Below, in pieces: positions 49,860 through 62,370 of a DNA stretch of 64,000 bases. The translations under genes and the position numbers were made by a program. The DNA comes from Heptranchias perlo (taxonomy: Eukaryota), in NCBI RefSeq assembly GCF_035084215.1, contig NC_090332.1:89466001-89530000 (forward strand), given 5' to 3'. Every line of letters begins with the position of its first letter. The first letter of the stretch is position 1. The notes beneath the pieces are model-generated. The model made no database searches and had not been told where the DNA came from. It saw only the letters and a list, made by a program, of their open reading frames with translations.

Positions 49860-52419
49860 CTGTTTCTCTCTCCACAGATGCTGCCTGACCTGCTGAGTAT
49901 TTCCAGCACTTTTTGTTTTTATTTCAGATTTCCAGCATCTGCAGTATTTTGCTTTCGATCCACATTTTAATAGTTCCAATCGTTGTGCAAAATTGTCACC
50001 TTGCCATAAAGCAATTTCAGTCTACAATAGGATTTGCTCCTACTTGAATTTTTCTGCCTTACCTTTTTATACCGCGGCTAAATTTTGCTTTGAGTGCAAT
50101 TTCCAGCTCTGAGTGTAAATGTGTGCTCCAGTGCTGGTTACACCTTTTATGGTTGGCACAATTGCATTAGATTAGGAAAAACACTAGCAAATTGACTTTC
50201 TTAAGGACTAAGAATTGAGCCAAATTGTTTTTAATTGTTTGCCATAGTTCTGGTTCTATTGTCTTTCCACAATGTTCTTGGCCAGGAATTTTCTGCATTC
50301 CGATGAAGTTATGGTAGTTCACTCGAGCAGCTCTGAGAATATTCCCATCCCATGTCATTTTCAAATTTAGCTGGGGTCTTTGAGTCAGGATCTGGCTACT
50401 AAGAGTGGGGTTGTGAATAGACGCCATTAATACTACCGAGATCTTTTCCCAGTTTTCCTCAGTTGCACAAAGAAATTCCTCATCCTCATCCTACACCTAA
50501 ACTCCCTTAGCCCCCTCTCCTCTGACTCCTCTGCCCTCCTGTCCTCACTCATTCTCACCCTTTACATAAACACTCCCACTCACAATGCCACCTACAAATA
50601 TAGGAATTCATTATGGGGGTGTGGAGCTAAGCAGCATTTTCACACTCTACACAGAAGAGAAATATATTTCTCTCTGTGGAAATATAAACATACTTAAGTC
50701 CACATCAATCCATGAATGAAATGAACCACTTTGATATTTGTAGCAAAAGTTACCTCCTGCTGCTTAATTACAAATGCAATGGACAAATCCACACATTTGC
50801 AACGTAGGATAATAATCAGCTTGATTCCATTCTAAAAGGTGCAGCACAAACACCCAGAGTAACCAAACAAAGCACAATGTTAATGAATCGAGGTTGATCA
50901 GGAGAAGTTAGCACTAAGTTAACACATACTGACACAACCCACTCAACTCGACCATGTTGTACTAGATGGAATCACAGATGTGATTTAATCCAGTCTGAAT
51001 GGTCTCCTATATTTGTTCCACACCACCTTTCTGAATTTGCAACACGTCCAAAAGGATAGCTTCTCTGTTCTGTCTTGTGGGACCGTCTGGACCTCCTTCT
51101 CAATCTTACTCATTGGCCCTTCCCCACTGCACAGAATATGTGGGGTTAACTTGATTCTCTTTTCCTATTCCTCCAACAGTGCTACGGGTCAAGGGGGCTA
51201 ACTCTGTGATTCCTATGGGGTACGGCTGAGAGAAACCACTAGCATAGATCACACAGAGGCGCCAGTGACGAGATGATCTGTGCTATGCTCCCAGATATCT
51301 TCTCATTTAATTGCGTAGGCAGAATAAGAGAAGGGAATAATTAATTGTCACAGTTCAGGTGACTCTTTTCAAACATGCTACTCTAAAACAACTTAAATAG
51401 TATCTTTTGTAACATCACTTTATGTTCAGTCATTGTATTGTCGAACAAGATAAGCTCTTTACATTTTGTGTAATGCTGTGGAGTCTATAATTATCCCACT
51501 GCACTTATACTGCACTGTACATATTTGGTTAATGACTTCATGTTACACCGCCATCCTGAAAGTACTCCTCAAATTTAACGACATCAGTTCCTACACCTTC
51601 TGTCCAGAGTGTGAAGATCTTCCTCAATTTATGGTTCACAGTCAGAGTCCCTCATTGGCCTTTTTATGTCTTCCATCTTCTTTGAGCTGCAGATATGATT
51701 AAAATGCACGATACATACTCATCCTCTGCTCCATCTCCCAGACCAAAGGGATAGCATTCGAGCAATCTTCTCCCATGTATTCTCTCTCTCTACAGGAACA
51801 GGTAGTCCCGTGTTTAATTCTACAAAACCCATTTTCTTTTTGTGCTTTTCCCAGTAATGAGGCCCAATCTCTGCATCGTAAAATTGAGATTCTGCCGCCT
51901 GTACGTAATTTGAGCATAACTGAGCATAAATAGCATTTCTGCTTCCAATCTGTTGGAAAAAAAATGCCTTTTGTATATTAAATGAGGGGAGCTACTTTCA
52001 GACAGTTGGGTAGAACGGCAATTTAAAAGGTTTGCAATAGTTTGTGCTGAAGTCAAACCGGCCACATTTCATCTCCATCACGTTTTAACTTATTTACTGG
52101 AGTAGCTTAAGCCATGTAATTGGAGGTAAGTCAAAGTCATTCAGATTTATTACTTTGATGAGTGGAAATGAGCCACTTGACCTACAGAATAATAGAATTG
52201 CAAATCAACTGAGCGGGATAGTAGGACAGCCAGGAAATCACACCTGAGAAGGTCACAGCCCAATTGTTCGAGCATCAAGGCAATGATGGCAGCACCTCAA
52301 CATTACACTCTGCTAAGGCGCATTAAACCATAAATAATGTCTGCTGTCTTTTTGTTAGAAATAAACAATATCAGCATAGTAATGCCCATAAAGGCTTAAA
52401 GTAATATACATATTAATCA

Positions 52420-52740
52420 TAGCATCACAGTAGGTGCAACACAGGAGGAGGCCACTCGGCCCATCATGCCTGTGCTGGCTCTTCGAAAGAGCTATCCAAT
52501 TAGTCCCACTCCCCTGCTCTTTCCCCATAGCCCTGTAATTTTTTTTTCCCTTCAAGTATTTATCCAATTCCCTTTTGAAAGTTATTATTGAATCTGCTTC
52601 CACCGCCCTTTCAGGCAGCGCATTCCAGATCAGAACAACTCGCTGTGTTAAAAAAAATGTTTCCTCATGTCGCCTCTGGTTCTCTTGACGATCACCTTAA
52701 ATCTGTGCCCTCTGGTTACCGACCCTTCTGCCACTGGAAA
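52420..52740 (-). mobile_element. CR1 LINE 3' fragment
   Basis: EADSIITFKRELDKYLKGK, same subfamily as 1-292 and 28117-28509. Confidence 0.9.
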
Positions 52741-53334
52741 TATCATATTTGGTAAATTGTTACAAACCCTCAGGTATCCACGAATGCTGTGCTTCAAAGG
52801 AGGTAAATTAATTGGTGCAGCCTTAGCTTAAAAACAGCTGAAGATCATATGGCATCCAGGGTATCTCTCATTTCTCCACAGATATATCTACAATATCCAC
52901 CACCTAGCTCCTCCAAGACACTAGCATTTCAGAGGAGGAGAATAAACAGACATGTGGGGCTCAATTTTAAACTTAAATTGCGGGTGCGTTGGAGGCGGTG
53001 GGGGGGCTGCGAAAATTGCAGAAAATGCAACCCGTCTACTTCCGAGTTTCCCACCGTCACGCTTGTGTGCGCACGGGCGTCCCGAATCCAGAAGTCCCAC
53101 CGGCAATTAAAGCCAGCAGGATGATAGTTTAAGAACCAAATGTACCTCATTGAGGTACTTGAGGCACTTTCCTTGTGACGTATTAGGTAGTTAGAATGAT
53201 TTTTAACTTACCTGGGCGGCTTTCCCACGGCTTCCGATTCACCCGTGTGAAACCAAGCGTGAAGGGCCGGATCAGGCAAAAATAAACTAAATAAATTAAA
53301 TAAAAAACCATTGCACAAAGTTAAAACACAAAAT

Positions 53335-53965
53335 CATAGGAACATAGGAACAGGAGGAGGCCATTCAGCCCCTCGTGCCTGCTCCGCCATTTGATAAGAT
53401 CATGGCTGATCTGTGATCTAACTCCATATACCTGCCTTTGGCCCATATCCCTTAATACCTTTGGTTGCCAAAAAGCTATCTATCTCAGATTTAAATTTAG
53501 CAATTGAGCTAGTATCAATTGCCGTTTGCGGAAGAGAGTTCCAAACTTCTACCACCCTTTGTGTGTAGAAATGTTTTCTAATCTCGCTCCTGAAAGGTCT
53601 GGCTCTAATTTTTAGACTGTGCCCCCTACCCCTAGAATCCCCAACCAGCGGAAATAGTTTCTCTCTATCCACCCTATCCGTTCCCCTTAATATCTTATAA
53701 ACTTCGATCAGATCACCCCTTAACCTTCTAAACACTTGAGAATACAACCCCAATTTGTGTAATCGCTCCTCGTAACTTAACCCTTGAAGTCCGGGTATCA
53801 TTCTAGTAAACCTACGCTGCACTCCCTCCAAGGCCAATATGTCCTTCCGAAGGTGCGGTGCCCAGAACTGCTCACAGTACTCCAGGTGTGGTCTAACCAG
53901 GGTTTTGTATAGCTGCAGCATAACTTCTGCCCCCTTGTACTCTAGTCCTCTAGATATAAAGGCCT
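53335..53965 (-). mobile_element. Young CR1 3' fragment nested in the Harbinger
   Basis: 167-aa open ORF2 C-terminus and a (TATGTTCC)n tail. AAATCA occurs at both junctions. Confidence 0.93.
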
Positions 53966-53994
53966 AGATATAAATCAACCTACCTTTCCACCCT

Positions 53995-54270
53995 GCTCCG
54001 ATGACCGATGTCTCCCTCTCCGATGACCCTCTCAGCCCCCAATGTCCCCCCGATCTCTCCCTTTTCCCACCCCCCGATGTACCCCGGATCTTCCCCTCTC
54101 CCCCCTAATCTCCCCCTCTCCCCTCTAATCTCCCCCTCTCCCCCCAATCTCCCCCTTTGCCCTCCCGATTTTCCACTCCCCCCACCCAATCTTCCCCTCT
54201 TCCCCCCCCCAATCTTCCCCTCTCCCCCCCCCACCCAATCTTCCACTCCTCCCCCCGCTCCCCGATCTTC
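53995..54270. repeat. C-rich degenerate minisatellite (CCCCC(G/A)ATCTCCCCCTCT-like)
   Basis: Directly visible, inside the non-autonomous Harbinger. Confidence 0.8.
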
Positions 54271-54930
54271 TGTTCCAGCACCAGATGACATCTTGCTCTC
54301 TCTCTTTCCCTCCCCCCTCACCCCCTCGGCGTTGCAGCTCCTGTCAATCAGACTGGTTGCCGGGCACGAAACCCGGAGAGCACTTTAATCACCATCAATT
54401 ACATCGCGATCGGGTCGGAAACGGTAAATTTAGTTTATTCGGGTTTGCCACGCACACCTTCACCCCCCTCCCCCGCTGCCAACCTGCCACCATTTCAAAA
54501 TTGTGACGTTAACTACACTGCCATGCATAAGCTGTGAAGAACACAAATATCAGCTCTGTTATGTACAGCAATCTGATCATTTGATGAAACAATTTCTATT
54601 TAAACATTTACTTCTCCATGTTTTTTTCCGCCTTCTTTGGTACCTGTTTGCTATTCCCAGTTCACAGCCTCAGATTAGAAACCTGCAGCATCGTGCACAT
54701 TCAGGGCAGAGGTCTCACAGTTTCCAGAATATTCTTCCAGATGTTGCTTTTATATCCTGCTGTCATTTTATGGATAAGGTCGTTTGGATTCTGCCACTTG
54801 GAAAATCGAGTTGAGTTTTTGTTTAGCAGCAGGTTACATTGAATTCCAGTGTCCCTTCAGAACAATGCAGAGATACAAATGGGTTAATTGAGCAGAGGCG
54901 GGGGAGAGTGCTTATAGTTCTATGCAATAT

Positions 54931-55540
54931 TATAGAATCATAGAAAGGTTACAGCACGGAAGGAGGCCATTCGGCCCATCGAGTCCACGCCGGCTCTACG
55001 CAAGAGCAAGAGCAATCCAGCTAGTCCCCTGCCTTTTCCCCGTTGCCCTACCAATTTTTTCCTTTCAAGTATTTATCCAGTTCCCTTTTGAAGGCCATGA
55101 TTGAATCTGCCTCCACCACCCCCTCGGGCAGTGCATTCCAGATCCTAACCACTCGCTGTGTGAAAAAGTTTTTCCTCATGTCACCTTTGGTTCTTTTGTC
55201 AATCACCTTAAATCTACGCCCTCCGGTTCTTGACCCTTCCGCCAATGGGAAAAGTTTCTCTCTATCTATTCTGTCGAGACCCTTCATGATTTTGAACACC
55301 TCTATCAAATCTCCTCTCAACCGTCTCTGTTCCAAGGAGAACAATCCCAGCTTCTCCAGTCTATCCACGTGACTTAAGCCCCTCATCCCTGGAATCATTC
55401 TAGTAAATCTCTTCTGCACCCTCTCTAAAGCCTTCACATCTTTCCTAAAGTGAGGTGCCCAGAATTGGACATAATACTCCAGCTGTGGCCGAACCAGTGT
55501 TTTATAAAGGTTCATCATGACTTCCTTACTTTTGTACTCT
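54931..55540 (-). mobile_element. CR1 LINE 3' fragment
   Basis: EYKSKEVMMNLYKTLVRPQLEYYVQFWAP...FKRELDKYLK. Confidence 0.93.
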
Positions 55541-55599
55541 GTAGGGCCTGGATGATGATGTATATCCCTTAGCCTGCACAAAGTCTTAGTTACCATATT

Positions 55600-56116
55600 A
55601 CAAAAAGGATCTACAGGGACCGGAGAAGGTGCAAAAAAAAATGATCTATAAGAATAATACCAGAACTGAGAGGTTATAACTATCAGGATAGACTGAACAG
55701 GCTGGGGCTCTTTTCTCTAGAAAAACGAAGGCTGGTGGGGAGCTGAAATTATGAAGGGGTTTGATAGGGTGGATGAAGAGAAGATATTTTCAAATTTGGG
55801 GGAGGCCAAAACTAGGCGTCATAAATATAAGATAGTCACTAATAAATCCAGTAGTGAATTCAGGAGAAACTTCTTTACCCAGAGAGTGGTGAGAATGTGG
55901 AACTCGTTACCACATGGAGTAGTTGAGGCGAATAATGTAGATGCATTTAAGGGGAAGCTGGATAAACACACGAAGGAGAAAGGAATAGAAGGATATGCTG
56001 ATAGGGTGAGATGAGGAAGGGTGGGAGGAGGCTCGTGTGGAGCATAAACGCCAGCATGGACCAGTTGGGCCGAATGGCCTGTTTCTCTGCTGTAAATTCT
56101 ATATAATTCTATGTAA
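55600..56116 (+). mobile_element. CR1 LINE 3' fragment
   Basis: MKGFDRVDEEKIF...FFTQRVVRMWNSLP...GYADRVR*. Confidence 0.9.
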
Positions 56117-56328
56117 GCTCTACGAATATGTTACGATGCTGAGTTTAGTGATGAACCCCCTTTTATCTGTTTCCTCGCTGCTTATTTCTCCATATGCTTT
56201 TTGTTTTATGCTGGACACAATAGATACACTGCATTTTTTTTTGCGAGGGACACCTGATTGCATTTAGAGTTCTGTTGTGCCTCATTTATTTTTAATGACA
56301 CTTACTGCTTTATTGAGAAAATATTTAA

Positions 56329-56515
56329 GAAGAGAATTTCCCTGGGTGCAGCAAATATCAGAAAATCAGGCGGGTCGAAATATATTCCTGTAAAGGAACC
56401 TCTCCGATTTTCCTTCTTTAGATAGATTCCTTTACAGGTCCGTGCTCCAATCATCTGATTTTCCAATATTTGCTGCTCTCCGGGTGATCCAGTGCAGACA
56501 CGGGAAGATCTCCCC
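56329..56515. mobile_element. Palindromic Harbinger-type MITE
   Basis: Nested inverted pairs 56348-56369/56455-56476 and 56387-56398/56427-56438. Termini GAAGAGAATTTCCC / GGGAAGATCTCCCC. Confidence 0.6.
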
Positions 56516-56739
56516 TTTAACCTCTTTCTGTGCATCACGAAAGAATCTCGTTGTTCCCATGATCTGACCATAGCAGCACCACAACTAAAGTAGCTGTCGT
56601 CCAGTGCGGTATATGGTACGATGAAATTACTTTTCTGCTAATTTAATATAGGCATTAACCCATTTGTTTGAAACAGGTCAATACGTCTCTTAAATCTCAA
56701 AGTAATTGATGTAAATGTGTTAAACATTTGGATATTATT

Positions 56740-57974
56740 GGGGTGAATTTTCACCTTTACAATCAGGCGGAAAATGGACTGTAACGGATCGGTCGCCCCG
56801 TTTACACCCACCCGATTTACACCCGCCCGATTTACACCCGCCCGATTTACACCCGCCCGATTTACACCCGCCCGATTTACACCCACCCGATTTACACCCG
56901 CCTGATTTACACCCCGCCCCATTTACACCTACCCGGTTTACACCCGCCCCGTTTACACCCCGCCCCGTTTACACCCCGCCCGTTTTACACCCGCCCATTT
57001 AAACCCGCCCCATTTACACCCCGCCCCATTTACACCCGCCCATTTAAACCCGCCCCATTTACACCCCGCCCCATTTACACCCCGCCCGATTTACACCCCG
57101 CCCGATTTACACCCCGCCCCATTTACTCCACGTTCCATTTACACCCTGCCCAATTTACACCCCGCCCCATTTACGCCCCACCCCATTTACGCCCCGCCCA
57201 ATTTACACCCCGCCCCATTTACACCCCGCCCCATTTACACCCTGCCCCATTTACACCCCGCCCAATTTACACCCACCCCGATTTACACCCCACCCCATTT
57301 ACACCCGCCCATTTAAACCCGCCCCATTTACACCCTGCCCCATTTACACCCCGCCCCATTTACACCCTGCCCCATTTACACCCCGCCCAATTTACACCCA
57401 CCCCGATTTACACCCCACCCCATTTACACCCGCCCATTTAAACCCGCCCCATTTACACCCTGCCCCATTTACACCCTGCCCCATTTACACCCTGCCCCAT
57501 TTACACCCTGCCCAATTTGCACCCTGCCCAATTTACACCCTGCCCCATTTACACCCTGCCCCATTTACACTCCGCCCATTTACACCCCACCCGATTTACA
57601 CCCTGTCCCATTTACACCCCGCCCCATTTACTCCATGTTCCATTTACACCCCGCCCCATTTACTCCATGTTCCATTTACACCCCGCCCAATTTACACCCC
57701 GCCCCATTTACTCCATGTTCCATTTACACCCCGCCCAATTTACACCCCGCCCCATTTACACCCCGCATTTACACCCTGCCCATTTACACCCCCAATTACA
57801 CCCCCCTTTTATCCCCAATTACACCCTGCCCCTATTTACACCCCCCCCCCATTTACACACCCCCATTTACACACCCCTATTTACACCCCCTCATTGTCAC
57901 CCTGCCCGATTTCTGTTTCCATTGAAGTCGATCCAATCCGCTACCGTCCACCGGTAAAAGTGAAAACTCATCCC
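56740..57974. mobile_element. Harbinger-type MITE hosting a minisatellite
   Basis: TIRs GGGGTGAATTTTCAC / GTGAAAACTCATCCC. Confidence 0.7.
56795..57890. repeat. 15-16-bp minisatellite (CCATTTACACCCCGCC)n, ~70 copies
   Basis: Directly visible. The unit drifts from CCGATTTACACCCGC at the left to degenerate copies at the right. Confidence 0.97.
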
Positions 57975-58455
57975 AATATTTCACAGGATAACTTTTAGGC
58001 CTAAATATTATAAATATAGCTTATTACATTTTTAACAGGTGGAATCATTGAACTGATTTCCTTTAGAATTCTGCTGCAATAGAATACATTTTTTTTAATA
58101 ACTTCACAAAATGATTTTGTAATAAAAGCATAGTTTACATCATTGCTTTTTCAAATGTATCATTGTACACTAACTTGATTCCAAAATAGCAATATTAAGT
58201 AGAGGTAGAGACGCAGGGACAAATAATAAAGGTTTTCTTTGATAAAGATTACCATTAGAAACCACAAACTTTAACACAGAATCTGCAAATAAAATTACAA
58301 TAGTGTTTCTGATTTTAATTACTTTATGTAGCTACATTCATCAATATTGTATCAATGCTTATATCAAATGGTTGCATTAAAGAAGCCTTAAATCAAATAA
58401 AATTCATTCTTGTGGTACTTAATCTTTTCAAGTTAATTTTAAAGTGAAAATGCAA

Positions 58456-58595
58456 ATCATAGAATCATACAACACAGGAGGCCATTCAGCCCATCGAGCC
58501 TGTGCCGGCTCTTTGAAAGAGCTATCCAATTAGTCCCATTCCCCTGCTCTTTCCCCATAGCCCTGCAAATTGTTCCTTTTCAAATATTTATATCC
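58456..58595 (-). mobile_element. CR1 3' end
   Basis: ATCATAGAATCATA...GGCCATTCAGCCCATCGAGCC. Confidence 0.85.
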
Positions 58596-58827
58596 ACAAT
58601 ACACCAAACAAACCAGGATTGGCCTGGCCATTACAGGGTAGGCAGGAGAATCCACTACTATTGTTATTAGGCTAAAGCACCGACTGTAACTTTAAGTACA
58701 TGGATATTGGACTTAGTCTACCATGATCATGATGCACACCCTTTTGTTACACTAACTAACATTGCGTGCTATTTATAAAAAGAAAACCAAGGATGCTGGA
58801 AATCTAAGATAAAAGTGGCGATTGCTG

Positions 58828-59045
58828 GAGGGTTGTGAATCTTTGGAATTCTCTACCCCAGAGGGCTGTGGAGGCTCCGTCATTGAGTACATTCAAAACA
58901 GAGATTGATAGATTTTAGATATTAAAGGCATCAAGGGATATGGGGATGGTGCAGGAAAATGACGTTGAGGCCGAAGATCAGCCATGATCTTGTTGAATGG
59001 CGGAGCAGGCTCGAGGGGCCGGATCCTATTTCTTAAGTTCTTATG
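58828..59045 (+). mobile_element. CR1 3' end
   Basis: RVVNLWNSLPQRAVEA..., followed by the 3' UTR. Confidence 0.85.
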
Positions 59046-60882
59046 AAATGCACAGCAACTCGATCAGCATTTTGACAAAGTGTAATACCCAGATATTAAC
59101 CTCTTTCTCTTTCAGATCCTGATCAATTTTCTGTGCATGTCCAACATTTTCCATTTTTGACCAAGCTGGACACCTGCTTGTATACTGACCATGGCCAGAA
59201 ATGACTGCTGGTGATATCAGTGGCCATTGATATGACATTCCTCTACCTGCTATCTTAATGAGGCACTAACTCATTTATTTTAAATGGATTCAGGCCTCAG
59301 CTAAAACAGCACAGAAATACTGTAAGAAAAGTGCTCCCTGCTAAAACTGTCAAGAGTCATTTCTAGGCATGTAAGCTACCAATCCTGAACTCATTAAAAC
59401 ATGCTTTGCATTCAATGAGATAACTAGCAGGCAAGAAATTTCTTTTGTGCGCCATGTGAGGTGGAATTATAAATGCATTTATAAAGAACAGGTTCACAGT
59501 TTCACTGTACTTCGCATGGAGAGGAAATCTACCCCCAAATAGCATGAACACATTTCGCAACTAAGATACCGTGGCTCATCAGCCTGGTTGACGAAAAGCA
59601 ACATCAACATGTTCCAACAGCTAACCTAAGGAGCCCGCCTGAACCAGCTTGGTTGAAAGTTTAGTTTTAATCAAATCTATTTAAATGGCTCTCAGAGCAA
59701 TGAGTGTGCTCCTCAGATGGAAAGCTCAATCAGTACGTTGAGTGTCACTGAGAAAAGCTGCCTCAATTTAGAACTCCCTTTGTCTGAAGCTCTGTCTGTT
59801 TCACAAAATGGTAGGTCTTTAGAAAGCTGGAGGGGTTAGTCAGCGCTGGAAAAATGTAAAGCAGCGTGCTCAGAACTGTTTTGTCAATCAGGAGCAGTAA
59901 TGACAAGTGTCTACATGTGTTCAGCCGAACTTCAACTAAAATAAATTCTGTCATTTTACATTGGAGTGAATGAAAAGTGTTTCATCTTAAGAGGGATTTA
60001 ATCTGATCACATTTGGCTTTAAGTGGGTTCCAGCATAGTGTTGTTGTTAATCCTTTCAGCAAGTATTTGATCTGAGACGGAAGCCCTTGGTACAAGATTA
60101 AGACTGTTGTGCAATTATTCTTTTACCTGCTACACTTGCCTGCTAATTAATTCATTAAAACAAAATCTTTATTAATTTGCATTTGTTTTGTGCATATTTC
60201 ATTCACAATATGCCCCAAAGATGGATTAAATATCTTTCTCCTGAAATGAAGAAACACAGGACAATGTTAGCTTGAATGTGATAATGACAATGAAGAGGTT
60301 AATTTTCCTTTTATTACATAATAATTCACCGTTTATATTTTCCTATTCATCTAGTACGGATGCTTCATTATCTGCAAGCCTAATATCTGCCCTCCCAATT
60401 ATCCGCCAGAATTTTCACAGGACATAGCCTTGTGTGAGATGTCATCTCATTGCACAGCCGACTAATCTCTTCCTATCTGACATAAATCAAGCACACAGCC
60501 CAAGAAAGATTACATTCAATTTATGTTATTTGTATTACACTTATCGTCAATCCCTGTGCCTAGGGTTTTGATAGCCTAGAAATCTGATCGCACAAAAAAA
60601 ACAGGCACGTAGGGGATAGGGGGTCGGGGAGGGTGCAGGGGATGGGGACAGGGCGCAGGCTGCAAGTGCCTGTTCACGTGGACACGGGGACTACGTGAAA
60701 TTGGTGCTGCCAGCTCATTGTAACGGATGAAGTGTGCAGCCAGCGATACCCATGCTGTTTATTGGCTGCTCGTCTGTTTGGGGGGGGTGGTGGGTGGGGG
60801 CGGGAAATTGGGCCTCTCGGATGCCACTTAAAGCCAGCACCTTTTAAAGGGGAGGTTCACCGTGGCTGCAAAAAAGAGGGGA

Positions 60883-62330
60883 ATGGCTGCAAGACCTGAT
60901 CAGACCCCCATTTTCTTCACTGCCACTTTATAGCCCCTGGTCCAGGCGTTGGACAGGAGGAGGGAAACCCTGTTCCCCTCAGGGAGCAGAACGCCCTCCA
61001 GGCAACAGCTGTGGTGCCAGTGGGAAGAGGTCACTGAGGAGGTCAATGGGAGGAGCTTAGCTCCCAAGATAGGGCTGCAATGCCGAAAGGAGTTTAATGA
61101 CCTCAGCAGAGTTGTCAAGGTAAGGGTCCTACCTCTGATCTCAACTACTCTCTCCTCACACCTGCACCACCTACAGACCCCCTATTACTCACAACACTCC
61201 CATCCCTCGCCTCCCTTCACTCTCCTACAATCACTGTTCCACACTTCACTCCACCTCCTTCTCCTCCCACTCACACACTCTGCACATCCTTCTCTCTGCA
61301 CTATTGTAATGCTCACTTCCTCGCAGCATCTTGCGCACAACATCTGCACTATTTGACCATGACAGGCCCATTCATAACACACTCGCAAGGCTGTCACTAA
61401 TGCACTCCTTTCTTTCTTGCAGGAGAAGGTCGCCCACAACATTAGGTAGCAGATAGCGACCAGAGAAGCCAGGGGCCACCTGTACACACTGTCCCTGCTT
61501 GAGGGGGACATGCTGGACATCACGGACAGGGGGTGAGTCATGTCCGTGGTGAGAGGCAATGCTGGAGGAGGCGTCATGCAGGGTTTCATTACACCTTCTC
61601 CTCATTTTCCCTTCTCACTTCTAACTCACTCTACACACTCTGCAATAACAAACTTCAGCTGCTTCCAGCAGCCACTCATCTCTCTTTGCTCTCCCTTCAC
61701 ACTAAGAAGTTAACCCTTGTCCCTTTCTTTCCTTTCAGGTGCTGTAAATGTCGACGTCCCTGTGCCAGTTCAGGAAGAGGAGGGCAGCCTACCTGAAGAT
61801 GCAGCGTCACTCGATCTGACCACAGCAAGCACCAGCTCAGAGGCTGGCACCACACGTACTTTCGAGGCTAGGCTGGAGCGAGGGCGGGGGACAGGACACC
61901 ACAGGTTCCAGCTCACCGGGGGGCAAGATCAGACACTAACTCAGCTGCAGAGAAATCAGATGCTGATTTCAAAGGCCCAGGTTACTGAAGAAGAGTAATG
62001 GGCGCACACCAGGAAATGTGAGGGCTGCCTGCCAGCGAGCTTGTGCTCAGCCGCTCAGAGCATGGAGGAGTCCAGCGCCGTGTCGGGGTGGCTGACTGGG
62101 GAGTCTGGCCCAGCTGTCTTCCTGGCACATCTGGACCCCCCCCCCATTCCTTCACCCAGAGCATTGGAATGGTGGGGAAGCAGGCGTGCCATTGTGAGAG
62201 AGGGCAACCTGTGCCACTGCCATCGCCACCACTGCTGCTCCTTAAGGCTTTGGGTCAGCAACCCCCACTGATCTGAGGGAGATGCAGACTGTGATCAGAT
62301 TGAAGTCATTGTGCCTTCAGTCTCCCAGCC
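60883..62330 (+). pseudogene. Spliced Harbinger Myb/SANT ORF2 pseudogene without a transposase
   Basis: Exon 1 (60883-61119) LDRRRETLFP...QWEEVTEEVN...QCRKEFNDLSRVVK|gtaagg. Exon 2 from 61423 (EKVAHN), exon 3 from about 61739. In-frame stops present. Confidence 0.82.
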
Positions 62331-62370
62331 TCTCCAAGGCGGAGAAGATGGTACAGCCCCCAGAATGAGT

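Larger units (their letters stand above)
49392..49961. mobile_element. Penelope-like element with inverted terminal arms and TSD
   Basis: Minus-orientation arm at about 49392-49700 and plus-orientation arm at about 49710-49955. Direct repeat ACATTTTAATA at 49381-49391 and 49962-49972. Confidence 0.85.
52956..54508. mobile_element. Non-autonomous Harbinger with ends related to the 11.4-15.0 kb element
   Basis: GGGCTCAATTTTAAA...AAATTGCGGGTGCGTTGG matches the start of the large element. CCCCGCTGCCAACC...TTTCAAAATTG matches its other end. Confidence 0.85.

Noticed and set aside
50753-50831. Minus-strand 78-nt exon (NGIKLIIILRCKCVDLSIAFVIKQQE)
   Set aside because: The splice-like ends give phase 0/0, which does not join the phase 1 start of the 29 kb candidate. 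No other support.
56306-56634. Minus-strand coding exon with donor CA|GTAAGT
   Set aside because: It overlaps a palindromic MITE, the acceptor is poor and the peptide is unrecognisable.
54008-57957. Proline-rich ORFs at 54008-54388 and 57517-57957
   Set aside because: Translations of C-rich minisatellites.
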